Source of the DNA: Octopus sinensis
Lineage: Eukaryota
Assembly: GCF_006345805.1 (NCBI RefSeq)
Contig: NC_043026.1
Location: forward strand, 14,549,579-14,613,578
Length of the DNA stretch: 64,000 bases
Direction: 5' to 3'
Part shown: piece after piece, positions 24,025 through 34,972 of the stretch
Numbering within the stretch: the stretch's first letter is position 1
Layout of the letters: every line of letters begins with the position of its first letter
The notes under the pieces: model-generated
The model's input: the letters and a program-made list of their open reading frames with translations, nothing else
What the model was told of the DNA's origin: nothing
Databases searched by the model: none
Program-made: the position numbers and the translations under genes

Positions 24025-25870
24025 CAGATAGATAGATAGACAGATAGATAGATAGACAGATAGATAACACGATAGAAAGATAGATAGATAACAAGGGTGG
24101 TGAGCTGGCAGAAATGTTTAGCACGCCAGGCAAAATGCTTGGCGTATTGCGTCTGTCGTTGCGTTCTGAGTTCAAATTCCGCCGAGGTCGACTTTGCCTT
24201 CATCCTTTCGGGGTCGATAAATTAAGTCCCTAATGCACTGGGGTCGATGTAATCGACTTATATCCATTGTCTGTACTTGTTTGTCCACTCTGTGTTTTAG
24301 CCTCTTGTGGGTGGTAAGAAAGAGGTATTTTGTCTGCCGTTACATCTGAGTTCAAATTTATCCACCGCACTCTGTGTATACGCACACACATACATACATA
24401 CATACATACAGATAGATAGATAGATAGATTGATAGATAGATAGATAGATGATGATAGATAGATACTAGATAGATAGATAGATAGTAGGATAGATAGATAC
24501 CGATAGATAGTAACATGATAGAAGATAGATAACAATGGTGGTGAGCTGGCAGAAATGTTAGCACGCCAGGCAAAATGCTTAGCGGTATTTCGTCTGTCTT
24601 TACGTTCTGAGTTCAACTTCCGCCAAGGTCAACTTTCATCCTTTATCCTCTTCTTTTCTGGGTCGATAAATTAAGTACCAGTTACACACTGGGGTCGATG
24701 TATCGACTTAATACCTAGGTCTGTCCTTTTTTGTCCCCTCTGTGTTTTAGCTCCTTGTGGTAATAAAGGAAATAGGTATTTCGTCTGTCTTTACATTCTG
24801 ATTCAAATTCCACCCGGGGTCGACTTGCCTCATTTTCCTTTGCTCGGTTTGATACTTTCCTTAGTACTCGATTATAATTACCAGTTACGCAATGGGGTCG
24901 ATGTAATCGACTTAATACCTATGGTCTGTTCCTTGTTTGTCCCCTCTGTGTTTAGCCCCTTGTGGGTAGTAAAGAAATAGGTATTTCATCAGGCATTACA
25001 TTCTGAGTTCAAATTTATCCACCGCACCCTGTGTATACGCACACACACACATACATACAGATAGATAGATAGATAGACAGACAGATAGATAACATGATAG
25101 AAAGATAGATAGATAACAAGGGTGGTGAGCTGGCAGAAATGTTAGCACGCCGGGCAAAATGCTTAGCGGTATTTCGTCTGTCTTTACGTTCTGAGTTCAA
25201 ATTCCGCCAAGGTCAACTTTGCCTTTCATCCTTTCTGGGTCGATAAATTAAGCACCAGTTACGCACTTGGGTCGATCGAGTAATACTTTATGTTCCTCTG
25301 TCCTGTGTTTGTTCTGTCCCTCTGTGTTTAGCCCCTTGGGGTAATAAAAAATAGGTATTTCGTCTGTCTTTACGTTCTGAGTTCAAATTCCGTCGAGGTC
25401 AACTTTGCCTTTCATCCTTTCTGGTTCGATAAATAAGTAAACCAGTTACGCACTGGGGTCGATGTAATCGACCTAATACCTATGTCGCCCTTGTTTGTCC
25501 CCTCTGTGTTTAGCCCTTGTGGGTAGTAAAGAAATAGGTATTTCGTCTGTCTTTACGTTCTGAGTTCAAATTCCGCCGAGGTCGACTTTGCCTTTCATCC
25601 TTTCTGGGTCGATAAATTAAATACCAGTTACGCACTGGGGTCGATATAATCAACTTAATCCATTTGTCTGTCTTTGTTTGTCCCCTCTGTGTTTAGCCCC
25701 TTGTGGGTAATAAAGAAATAGGTATTTCGTCTGTCTTTACGTTCTGAGTTCAAATTCCGCCGAGGTCAACTCTGCCTTTCATCCTTTCTGGGTCGATAAA
25801 TTAAGAACCAGTTGTGTACTGGGGTCGACGTAATCGACTGACCCCCCCCCCCCAAATTTCAGGCCTTATG
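23570..25870 (+). mobile_element. Complex SINE B array with (GATA)n-containing higher-order repeats
   Basis: B heads at ~23642, ~24095, ~24538 and ~25122. The block ttacattctgagttcaaatttatccaccgcaccctgtgtatacgcac+(GATA)n recurs at ~23900, ~24340 and ~24997. ~180-bp bodies continue in tandem to ~25870. Confidence 0.85.
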
Positions 25871-26244
25871 CCTAGAGTAGAAAGCTTTTATTGATTTATT
25901 CACTTACCTATTTCTGCTTTTAAATGTACATGCACCAACCACAAGCCCAATCACATCTTATATATTTTTCTACTGAAAATTTTTCCATTGATTCTTCTTT
26001 GAACATTTTAACACTAACACACACCCACCCGCCCTACCTCAAAACACACCCTTTGGGCCTCAAAACACACCCTTCCTTTCCTCTTCTTCTTGTCCTTCTT
26101 TCCCTTCCATCTTTTTCTTTTCCCTTCTTTCTCATTTTTTTCTTTTTTATTTTCCTTTTCACTTCCTTTCTTTCCTCTTTTTGTTTCTCTTTTTTCCTTT
26201 TATCATATTTTCCCTCCTTCATCATACACTATGACAGAAATCAT

Positions 26245-26326
<82 letters not shown>

Positions 26327-26881
26327 TAATATATATGTATATACATATATACATATATATATATATACACAATATATACATATATACATATATACATATA
26401 TATATAATATATATATCATATGTATATATATACACATATATACATATATATATATACACACACATATATATATATACATATATATATGCATACTATACAT
26501 ATATATACATATATATTATATTATATATAACATATATATATATATAATATATATACACTTATATATATAATATGATATAGATATGTATATATTATAATTA
26601 GATATATATAAATATAAATAAATAATATATATGTGTATGTGTGTGTATATGTTACATGTGCTATGTCCTTGTGTTTTTTTTTCTTGTCTTTTTCTCCATT
26701 GTTTGAATTATATATATATATATATATATATGCATGTATATGTATATTTGTGTGTGTGTGTGAGTGTGTGTGTGTGAGTGTGCGTGTGTGTGTTTTGTAA
26801 CTTCTAATAAAAACAGCTTTACATTAAATTGAAGGATTACTCAATACATTTGACAGTACAAATGTATTATTCTTTAACAAA

Positions 26882-27109
26882 AATATTCATCCCCCAGTAA
26901 ACATGGATATTCTGTTAGAACAAGCCATACTGCAGTGGTTGCCACGAGAGAACTCTCATATGGGCATTTGGTGCAAAATGTACACAAGAAACAAAACAAA
27001 AAGATGAATGCATTTTGCACTAAAATCCGATATGAGAGTTCTCTCATGGTTTTTACCACAGTATAACTTGTTCCAATAGAACATTCATATTGAAGTGGGG
27101 ATAAATATT
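26882..27109. repeat. Old imperfect inverted repeat (~100-bp arms)
   Basis: gagagaactctcatatgggcatttggtgcaaaatg versus cattttgcactaaaatccgatatgagagttctctc, with weaker pairing outward to aatattcatcccc/ggggataaatatt. Confidence 0.7.
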
Positions 27110-27221
27110 ACTTATTGGTGTTAATACTGCCTCTGTCGCTAACAATTATTTTTTAACAAGAATAGTATTGATGGCCAGTGAAATCATCACCTGTCAATAA
27201 ATAGATATATATCTATATATG

Positions 27222-27745
27222 TGGAGGCGCAATGGCCCAGTGGTTAGGGCAGCGGACTTGTAGTCATAGGATCGCGGTTTCGATTCCCAGACCGGGCATT
27301 GTGAGTGTTTATTGAGCGAAAACACCTAAAGTTCCATGAGGCTCCAGCAGGGGCTGGTGGTGAAAGAAGCCCATCGTATATATGTATATATATGCATGTG
27401 TATGTGTATGTGTATTTGTGTGTCTGTGTTTGTCCCCCTAGCATTGCTTGACAACCGATGCTGGTGTGTTTACATCCCCATTACTTAGCGGTTTCGGCAA
27501 AAAGAGACCGATAGAATAAGTACTGGGCTTACAAAAGAATAAGTCCCGGGGTGTCGATTGGCTCGATTAAAGGCGGTGCTCCAGCATGGCCGCAGTCAAA
27601 TGACTGAAACAAGTAAAAGAGACCGATAGAATAAGTACTGGGCTTACAAAAGAATAAGTCCCGGGGTCAATTTGCTCGACTAAAAAGGTGGTGCTCCAGC
27701 ATGGCCGCAGTCAAATGACTGAAACGAGTAAAAGAGTAAAAGAAT
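27222..27745 (+). mobile_element. Chimeric SINE: family C tRNA head joined to family A body and a duplicated tail
   Basis: C sequence continues to …cagcaggggctggtggtga (~27362), then switches to aagaagcccatcgtata… of family A. Confidence 0.8.
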
Positions 27746-28056
27746 GAATGAATGACAGAATGCAGGAATGAATGAATAGCTACATGGAATTATACAGTGG
27801 AAGAGACCTTTTAGCCATTTAGGAAGACATAAACTATTCCATTCACTTGAATTTATTTCTTAATAGCATTGCCTACTATCAATTGTCAAAAAGTATTATT
27901 GTACTTTAAAATCTGATCACTGCCGCAAATCCACTGCGAAGCTTAATTGGTTAAAATGTCTCTCGTGAGATGTAAATGTAGATGTTTTAACACAGTCTCA
28001 CATTACCAAACAAATATTCCTATAAGTGTGTGTGTATATATACACACATATGTTGC

Positions 28057-28095
<39 letters not shown>

Positions 28096-28119
28096 TTATC
28101 CAATATATATGTATATGTG

Positions 28120-28160
<41 letters not shown>

Positions 28161-28519
28161 TGTATATTGGATATATCTCACTGGGATATATACATATATA
28201 CTGGATAACTGAGATATATATATATATATATATAAATATATATACATATATATTGGATAACTGATATCCCATAGTGGGTAACCCTAACTCTAACCCCTAT
28301 CTTACTTTGTACTATATATACATATACATATAGTGTGTGTGTATACCATGTGTGTCTGGGTGTGTGTTATATATATATAATAGATATATAGAGAGAAGAG
28401 AGAGAGAGAGAAGAGTAAGAGAAAGGATAATCACACACACATGTACTCACACATACACATGCAAATATATATATATTATATTATATATATATATATATAT
28501 TATATATTATATATAATAA

Positions 28520-28735
28520 TAAATATTAGGGAATAAATCCAATTTACAGGGAAAAATCAGATTTAGGATAAACTCGATTTTTAGTAAATATTATAAATAA
28601 TTCGAGACAAAACCACTATTTTGAAAACAAACAAGGAAAGACTTAATTAATACATAAAATTTTAATAAATAGTCAAAAAAACCGCCACTACAATCGTTTC
28701 TTGTCAGGTGGACTTCCAATAATTCAGTGTCAAAT
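28520..28735 (-). mobile_element. Possible Penelope-like fragment with a stem-II-less hammerhead-like motif (28685-28711)
   Basis: Minus strand ccac-CTGACAA-GAAA-cgattg-T-A-gtgg, inserted between (TA)n tracts. Confidence 0.35.
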
Positions 28736-29066
28736 TATGAAGTCTATATATATATATATATATACACAGGGTGATTGAAAAGTAACTCCATATTATAAAA
28801 TACTTATAATTTATCTATTAACTATAATTTTTTTTCTCTCAAATTTGCTCTGCGTGTTCTTTAATGTATGGGAATTGAGTTCTATATGGGGTTTATTTTT
28901 CAGATCAATTATTTCGTTTGAAATTAGAAACCCTAAAAGCACGATCTGATCTCTTTAAAAATAGCCTCTGAAGTGATCAAGCAGTATTCCACATCAATGG
29001 GTTTGGGAACCATCACAACTGCCACTACTCGTATTACCTCTGAAAAAATGCTGAAGCAGCCTAAGG

Positions 29067-29916
29067 CAGTGGTTTTCGACCAGGGTTCTGCGAAAATTTA
29101 GGGTTCTGCGAAACCTTAGGGTTCTGCCAGTACAGTCCAGGGGTTCTGCAAGAAGTTACAAAACTGCTAAAATCGGCAGTAATTTTTAATCCCCTGTGCA
29201 GATATGTGTGCATAAGACTATCAATTTATTGCACAGGGGTTTCCTCGAGCCAGGGAATGTTTCCTTGGAGTTCCACTCCAGCAAAAAGATTGAAAGCACT
29301 GGTCTAACTAGTGTCTAACTGACTGTGTCTAACTCAGTGTTTTCAACCAGGGTTTCGCCAGTACAGTCCAGGGGTTCCGCAAGAAGTTACAAACTGCTAA
29401 AATCGAGTAATTTTTTTAATTCTCCTGTGCAGATCTGTGTTCATAAAACTATTAAATTATAGCACAGGGTTCCTCGAGTCAGTGGAATGTTTCCTTGGGG
29501 TTCCGCTCCAGCAAAATGTTTGAAAAGCACTGGTCTAGGGAATACTACAATTTATTAATGGGTAGGTGTAATTTGAAGGTAAGTGGGGTCAGGATGTTTA
29601 AAAAAAGAAGTTATCAAGAAACAATATATAAGGGAAATAATTTACCATCAGGGGCTACAGGGTCAGTATTTAAGAGTGAGCTTGTAATGGTCTAGGGCAG
29701 TGGTTTTCAACCAGGTTTCCGCGAAACCTTAGGGGTCCACCAGTACAGTCCAGGGGTTCTGCAAGAAGTTACAAAACTGCTAAAATCGGCAGTAATTTTT
29801 AATTCTCCTGTGCAGATATGTGTGCATAAGACTATTAAATTATTGCACAGGGGTTCCTCGAGCCAGTGGAATGTTTCCTTGGGGTTCCGCTCCAGCAAAA
29901 AGTTTGAAAAGCACTG
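29067..29916 (+). mobile_element. Triplet of hAT (Charlie-like) MITEs within one 8-bp TSD
   Basis: Copies at 29067-29301, 29335-29532 and 29698-29916 with TIRs cagtg(g)ttttcaacc…ttgaaaagcactg. Outer TSD gcctaagg at 29059-29066 and 29917-29924. Confidence 0.85.
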
Positions 29917-30284
29917 GCCTAAGGTAATAATATGGTGTGGAATGACTTTGGACAGGATGGTGGGTCCTTTCATCCTTTGCAATAACATGAATGCTGAAAG
30001 ATACCTCACCATGCTGCAAGATGAAATCTGCCCAGTTATCAGTACTTAGGAGAATATCGAAGATCCGATTTTTATGCAAGATAGCATGCTCCTCCACATT
30101 TTGCTACTGATGTTTATGAATGGCTGAATGCCCACTTCCCTGGGAGATGGATGGATGATCAAGGTCCAAAATTAAAAGGTGAATATGAGATGTTATGTCT
30201 TCCATCCCACAAGAATTCCTGATGTAATCAGTTGATGTGATTCCTGGGCTCCTTGAAAAGCTGGTGGTGAACGCTGGTACCTAT

Positions 30285-30478
30285 ACTCTTTTACTCTTTT
30301 ACTTGTTTCAGTCATTTGACTGTGACCATGCTGGAGCACCGCCTTTAGTCGAGCAAATCGACCCCAGGACTTATTCTTTGTAAGCCTAGTACTTATTCTA
30401 TCGGTCTCTTTTGCCGAACCGCTAAGTGACGGGGACGTAAACACACCAACATCAGTTGTCAAGCAATGACAAACACAG

Positions 30479-30513
<35 letters not shown>

Positions 30514-30682
30514 CATATATACAGGCTTCTTTCAGTTTCCGTCTACCAAATCCACTCACAAGGCATTGGTCGGCCCGGGGCTATAGCAGAAGACACTTGC
30601 CCAAGGTGCCACACAGTGGGACTGAACCCACAACCATGTGGTTGGTTAGCAAGCTACTTACCACACAGCCACTCCTGCGCCT
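30285..30682 (-). mobile_element. Full-length SINE A inserted in the end of the rosa-like transposase
   Basis: cctata occurs at both junctions (gtacctata… and …gcgcctatattgaac). Confidence 0.85.
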
Positions 30683-30829
30683 ATATTGAACTTTAAAAAA
30701 ACTCCATGCTATACGCTATCTTCACATATTTATTTTTTACTAAAAATTATAATTGATAAATAAATTATAAGAATTTTAAAATAGGGAGTTACTTTTCAAT
30801 CACCCTGTATTTTTTAGGTCATTTAGAAT

Positions 30830-31228
30830 GAAATTTTGAACTGAAAGTTTATTTTACTTTATCTCAGCAAAAAGCAGTGCTGTTAATCAAAGTATGCACT
30901 TAAATTATCAAAACAAATTTTGCCAAAAGCAAAAAATTCTGGAGAGCAAGAGGTGATGAAATCACAAAAGGCTGTTTTCACATCTTCTTCAGATTTGAAT
31001 TTTTTTTCTTTGCAAAAAGTTGTCTAATGCCTAGAAAATGTGATAGTCAGTTGGTGCAAGGTCTGGTGAATAAGGCGGATGATAGAGTACTTCCAAGTTC
31101 AGTTCCTGTAACTTGATTAGCATTCTTTGTGCAACATGTAGTTGAGCATTGTTTTGCAAAAGAATTGGCCTGTCTCTATAGACCAATCTCAGTTGCTTAA
31201 TTGCAATTTCACTCATCATTTCATCCAA
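30830..31228 (-). mobile_element. Mariner (DD34D-type) transposase C-terminal relic
   Basis: ILLQNNAQLHVAQRMLIKLQELNLEVLYHPPYSPDLAPTDYHIF matches the mariner HDNARPH…HPPYSPDLAP.DY.LF signature. Confidence 0.85.
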
Positions 31229-31234
31229 TTAGAT

Positions 31235-31858
31235 GTATACATCTGAGGCAATGGCGAAGGACCAAGATCTCTGGAGATTTGCTGTGACTGCAAAGACCCG
31301 GGCTGCTTCCTGTATCAGTTCCGCATAGCCTGTCCATTCAAAGAACCCTGGATCCCATAACGTCCCCCTGTGCTTGAGGAGACCTGTTGAGTCAAGTACA
31401 TGAACATGAACGTCGAAATAAATATCAATGGAAATAGTAGTTGTGATGCCTGTGCCGGTGGCACGTAAAAAGCACCATCCGAACGTGGCCGATGCCAGCG
31501 CCGCCCCGACTGGCTTCTGTGCCGGTGGCACATAAAAAGCATCATCCGAACGTTGCCAGCGCCACCTTGGCTGGCTTCCGTGCCGGTGGCACATTAAAAG
31601 CTCCAACTAATCGTGGCCGATGCCGGACTCCCCTGGCACCTGTGCAGGTGGCACGTAAAAAGCACCCACTACACTCGCGGAGTGGTTGGCGTTAGGAAGG
31701 GCATCCAGCCGTAGAAACTCTGCCAGATCAGATTGGAGCCTGGAGCAGCCCCTGGCTTCCCAGACCCCGGTCGAACCGTCCAACCCGTGCTAGCGCGGAA
31801 AACGGACGTTAAACCATGATGATGATGATGATGATGATGATAATGATGATGATGACAT
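31235..31858 (+). mobile_element. RTE LINE 3' end: last codons, 3'UTR, repeat D and (GAT)n tail
   Basis: gaggcaatggcgaaggaccaagatctctggagatttgctgtg (EAMAKDQDLWRFAV) is homologous to EEMTRDQDLWKCAV at 42.2 kb and is continuous with the D sequence. Confidence 0.75.
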
Positions 31859-32170
31859 CCACTGTTGTATACAGCTCATGAAACTGTAGTGGATGACTCC
31901 AGCACTGGACCTCCAAACACACTTCATACACCTCACACATATTCATTACTTACTTTCTTATTTCTTCCTCCTCTCCCCCTACTTCTCTCCCATCCCCACC
32001 TCATAATATCTTGACCACCAACTAACACTCATTTTGGTGTCGATTTCTTTTGCTAAAGGCAGTGCTGTAGCATAGCCAGAGTCACATGACCAAAAGCAAG
32101 TAAAACAATAAAACTGTGCCATTTTAATCCTGAGCAATGCCGGATATCTCTGCTAGTAGATATATACATA

Positions 32171-32202
<32 letters not shown>

Positions 32203-32382
32203 CATATATATACATATATATATATACATACATATACATATAGATACATACATATGTATATATATATGTATATATATGTATATATACTGTATATAATATA
32301 CATACTTACATATACATATATATATACATATGTATACATACATATGTACTACATGTATATATATACATACATATATATATAG

Positions 32383-32415
<33 letters not shown>

Positions 32416-32791
32416 GTATATATATATATATGTATATATATATATGTATATATATATATGTATATATATGTATATATATACAAATATATATATACATTAT
32501 ATATATATATATAATTAATTAATAAGGGTGAGAGAATTAGATACTAATTTAATAGTATATCTATTCAACACCAAGTGGCCTAGTGCTCCGAGAAACCTGG
32601 ATTATTATAATATTTTATAATATATTATAATATTTTTACAAAATAAATATAAGAGAGTGGTCACTATATGGCTCACTCTAGCACCAGTTATCCAAAAGGT
32701 TTCAACCACAAAAATAATGTTTCCCATGAAAGCCAGTACGATTGTTAGCTCACACGGACAGGGCAAATAAAAAATTACAAAAATACAGATT

Positions 32792-32874
32792 ATTTTGGGA
32801 CAATTGTTTCGCTATAATGAATTAAATGTAATTTTACTTACAAAAAAATCCACTTGTAGCTCCTCAGCCAAAAC
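32792..32874 (-). ncRNA. Type I hammerhead ribozyme with intact catalytic core
   Basis: Minus strand GTTTTGG-CTGAGGA-GCTA-(AT-rich loop)-TAGC-GAA-ACAATTGT-C-CCAAAAT: 7-bp stem I, CUGANGA, G10.1-C11.1, GAAA, palindromic stem III, GUC site (C at 32799). Confidence 0.85.
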
Positions 32875-33322
32875 TATCTGGATGAAATCCACTCAATCAC
32901 ACGCCAGATTTTACCATAACGATATAAATACGGTGTAGTTCAATTGATTACATCCGACGTTATAATTCAATGGCCCCAACTAACAGCGCGCCAAACTTTC
33001 ACGGAAAACAAATACAGCATTTAGAAATAAATGCAGCATAATTATAATTAATTAATAAGGGTGAGAGAATTAGATACTAATTTAATAGTATATCTATTCA
33101 ACACCAAGTGGCCTAGTGCTCCGAGAAACCTGGATTATTATAATATTTTATAATATATATAATATTTTTACAAAATAAATATAAGAGAGTGGTCACTATA
33201 TGGCTCACTCTAGCACCAGTTAATCCAAAAGGTTCAACCACAAAATACATGTTTCCCATGAAAGCAGTACGATTGTTAGCTCACACGGACAGGGCAAATA
33301 AAAAATAACAAAAATACAGATT

Positions 33323-33405
33323 ATTTTGGGACAATTGTTTCGCTATTAATGAATTAAATGTAATTTTACTTACAAAAAATCCACTTGTAGCTCCTGAGCC
33401 AAAAC
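33323..33405 (-). ncRNA. Second hammerhead copy with a G5-to-C core change (CUCAGGA), probably inactive
   Basis: Plus strand tagctcctgagccaaaac versus tagctcctcagccaaaac in copy 1. Confidence 0.7.
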
Positions 33406-33875
33406 TATCTGGATGAAATCCACTCAATCACACGCCAGATTATATATATATATATATGTATATATATGTATATTGGTACAACGACTTGTGTGTTTAATTT
33501 GTTTTGTGATGGAGTTTATAGCTCAAATTACTTATACATCAAATCAATTTCCCTATTGAAACGAACTGAAATGGTATCAATCCGTTCTGGCCCCACTATA
33601 AAAAAAAAAAAAACAACACCGCAATTTTTTTTGTTACATGTTTTTAAATAAGAGAACCGTACCTAATAAATAACTAAAATGGTATTAAAAAAAACCAAAA
33701 AAGAACAAAACAATGCAAGAGAATGTACTGCAATAAATTGGTTTTACTACGTATCATGTACTGCATTACCTTGGAGATCAGACAATTTGAGGATGCTTAC
33801 GGAAATGGAGGAGAGAGGCTGGACTGAATAACTGAATCTTATTTGCCGTTTTCTGACCTTTTAACCATGTTTTAA

Positions 33876-34095
33876 ATAATAATAATAATAATTGTGTACA
33901 GTGCTCAGGTGCACTACAACTCATCTAAAGTGTATATATAATCAGGTGTAGTTTCGGCGGATTTCGGAAAGCATGAGGGCCTTAAACGATGCAGTGTCAT
34001 GGCAGTCAACAACTGACGCAGGCAGTTTATTCCATACTTCAGCAACTCTGAGCGTGAAAAAATGTTTCCGAAAGTCATGGGAGCTGTATTGTTTC
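33876..34095 (-). mobile_element. Short CR1 3' fragment (same family as 4142-4709)
   Basis: RKHFFTLRVAEVWNKLPASVVDCHDTASFK…, with a near-identical 3'UTR and (att)n tail. Confidence 0.9.
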
Positions 34096-34255
34096 CTTGC
34101 TTTCATCTGCAGGAGTGTTTGATAAAAAAATCTATCCAATAAGGTCTATTTCATCTTCCCTTTCAGAGTGTTTCTGAAATGAGTTAGGCTGTCGCATGCC
34201 CAAGTGCAAGTTTCTCTGGGTGTTTCTTTTCAATAAAGTCTGAATGTGAGGTATT

Positions 34256-34411
34256 GGAAGCACTCCGTCGGTTACGACGACGAGGGTTCCGGTTGATCCG
34301 AATCAACGGAACAGCCTGCTCGTGAAATTAACGTGTAAGTGGCTGAGCCACCACAGACACGTGTACTCTTAACGTAGTTCTCAGGGATATTCAGCGTGAC
34401 ACAGAGAGTGA
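34256..34411 (-). mobile_element. SINE C 3' fragment
   Basis: tggaagcactccgtcggttacgacgacgagg…cagagagtgac. Confidence 0.85.
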
Positions 34412-34471
34412 CGCTCTGGAATGTCTCTGCATCCCAACAAACAAAGAATTGAACACATAGTTTATAAACAA

Positions 34472-34972
34472 CTAGCAGTATCGCCCGGCGTTGCTCGGGT
34501 TTGTAAGGGAAATAACTATATAAGCATTTTTAGAGAGTTATAGCCAAAAAGTAGCAAAAAAATGCATTAAAAATGGAAAAAAAATTATGGTAAATTTTTT
34601 TTAAATCGTTGACTCATCGTAGACATTTTTAGAGAGTTACTTCCCTTATATAATGGCGAAAAAATGCATTAAAATGGAAAAAAATGATGGTAATTTTTTT
34701 TTTAAATCGTTGACTCATCGTAGACATTTTTAGAGAGTTACTTCCCTTATATAATAGCGAAAAAGTGCATTAAAATGCAAAAAAATGATGGTAAATTTTT
34801 TTTTAAATCATAGACTCATCGTAGACGTGCGCTAATACCCAGAAGGGCTCGATATGAATCACGACTATAAGATACCCGGGTTTGGTTAAACTGCACCGCA
34901 AAATGTGGGAGTAGTTAGGAATCTAAATCGTAGGAGACAGACACCACACAACTTCACTTTTATATATAAAGA
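34472..34972 (-). mobile_element. Non-autonomous Helitron with canonical termini
   Basis: Minus strand A|TCtttatatataaaagtg…gagcaacgccgggcgatactgCTAG|T. Confidence 0.9.

Larger units (their letters stand above)
28767..30807 (+). mobile_element. Decayed Tc1/mariner-superfamily transposon (rosa/DD41D-like) with nested hAT array and SINE A
   Basis: Perfect 23-bp TIRs cagggtgattgaaaagtaactcc (28767-28789) and ggagttacttttcaatcaccctg (30785-30807), followed by TA. Fragments SDQAVFHINGFGNHHNCHY, PKVIIWCGMTLDRMVGPF…NAERYLTMLQ…FMQD…PPHFATDVYEWLNAHFPGRW and GTYIEL*. Confidence 0.8.
32511..33440 (-). mobile_element. Partial tandem (533-bp period) Penelope-like/retrozyme-like repeat
   Basis: 32511-~32905 is repeated at 33044-~33440. 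Both ends lie in (TA)n, and each copy carries a hammerhead motif. Confidence 0.75.

Noticed and set aside
24200-25550. High indel divergence among adjacent repeat units (also 51900-52600, 53600-55200, 62100-62900)
   Set aside because: The pattern of single-base dropouts suggests low-coverage long-read error, so these variants were not interpreted biologically.
33760-33850. Possible minus-strand exon VRKRQIRFSYSVQPLSSISVSILKLSDLQ with an aag|gtaatg donor
   Set aside because: Weak acceptor and no recognisable homology.
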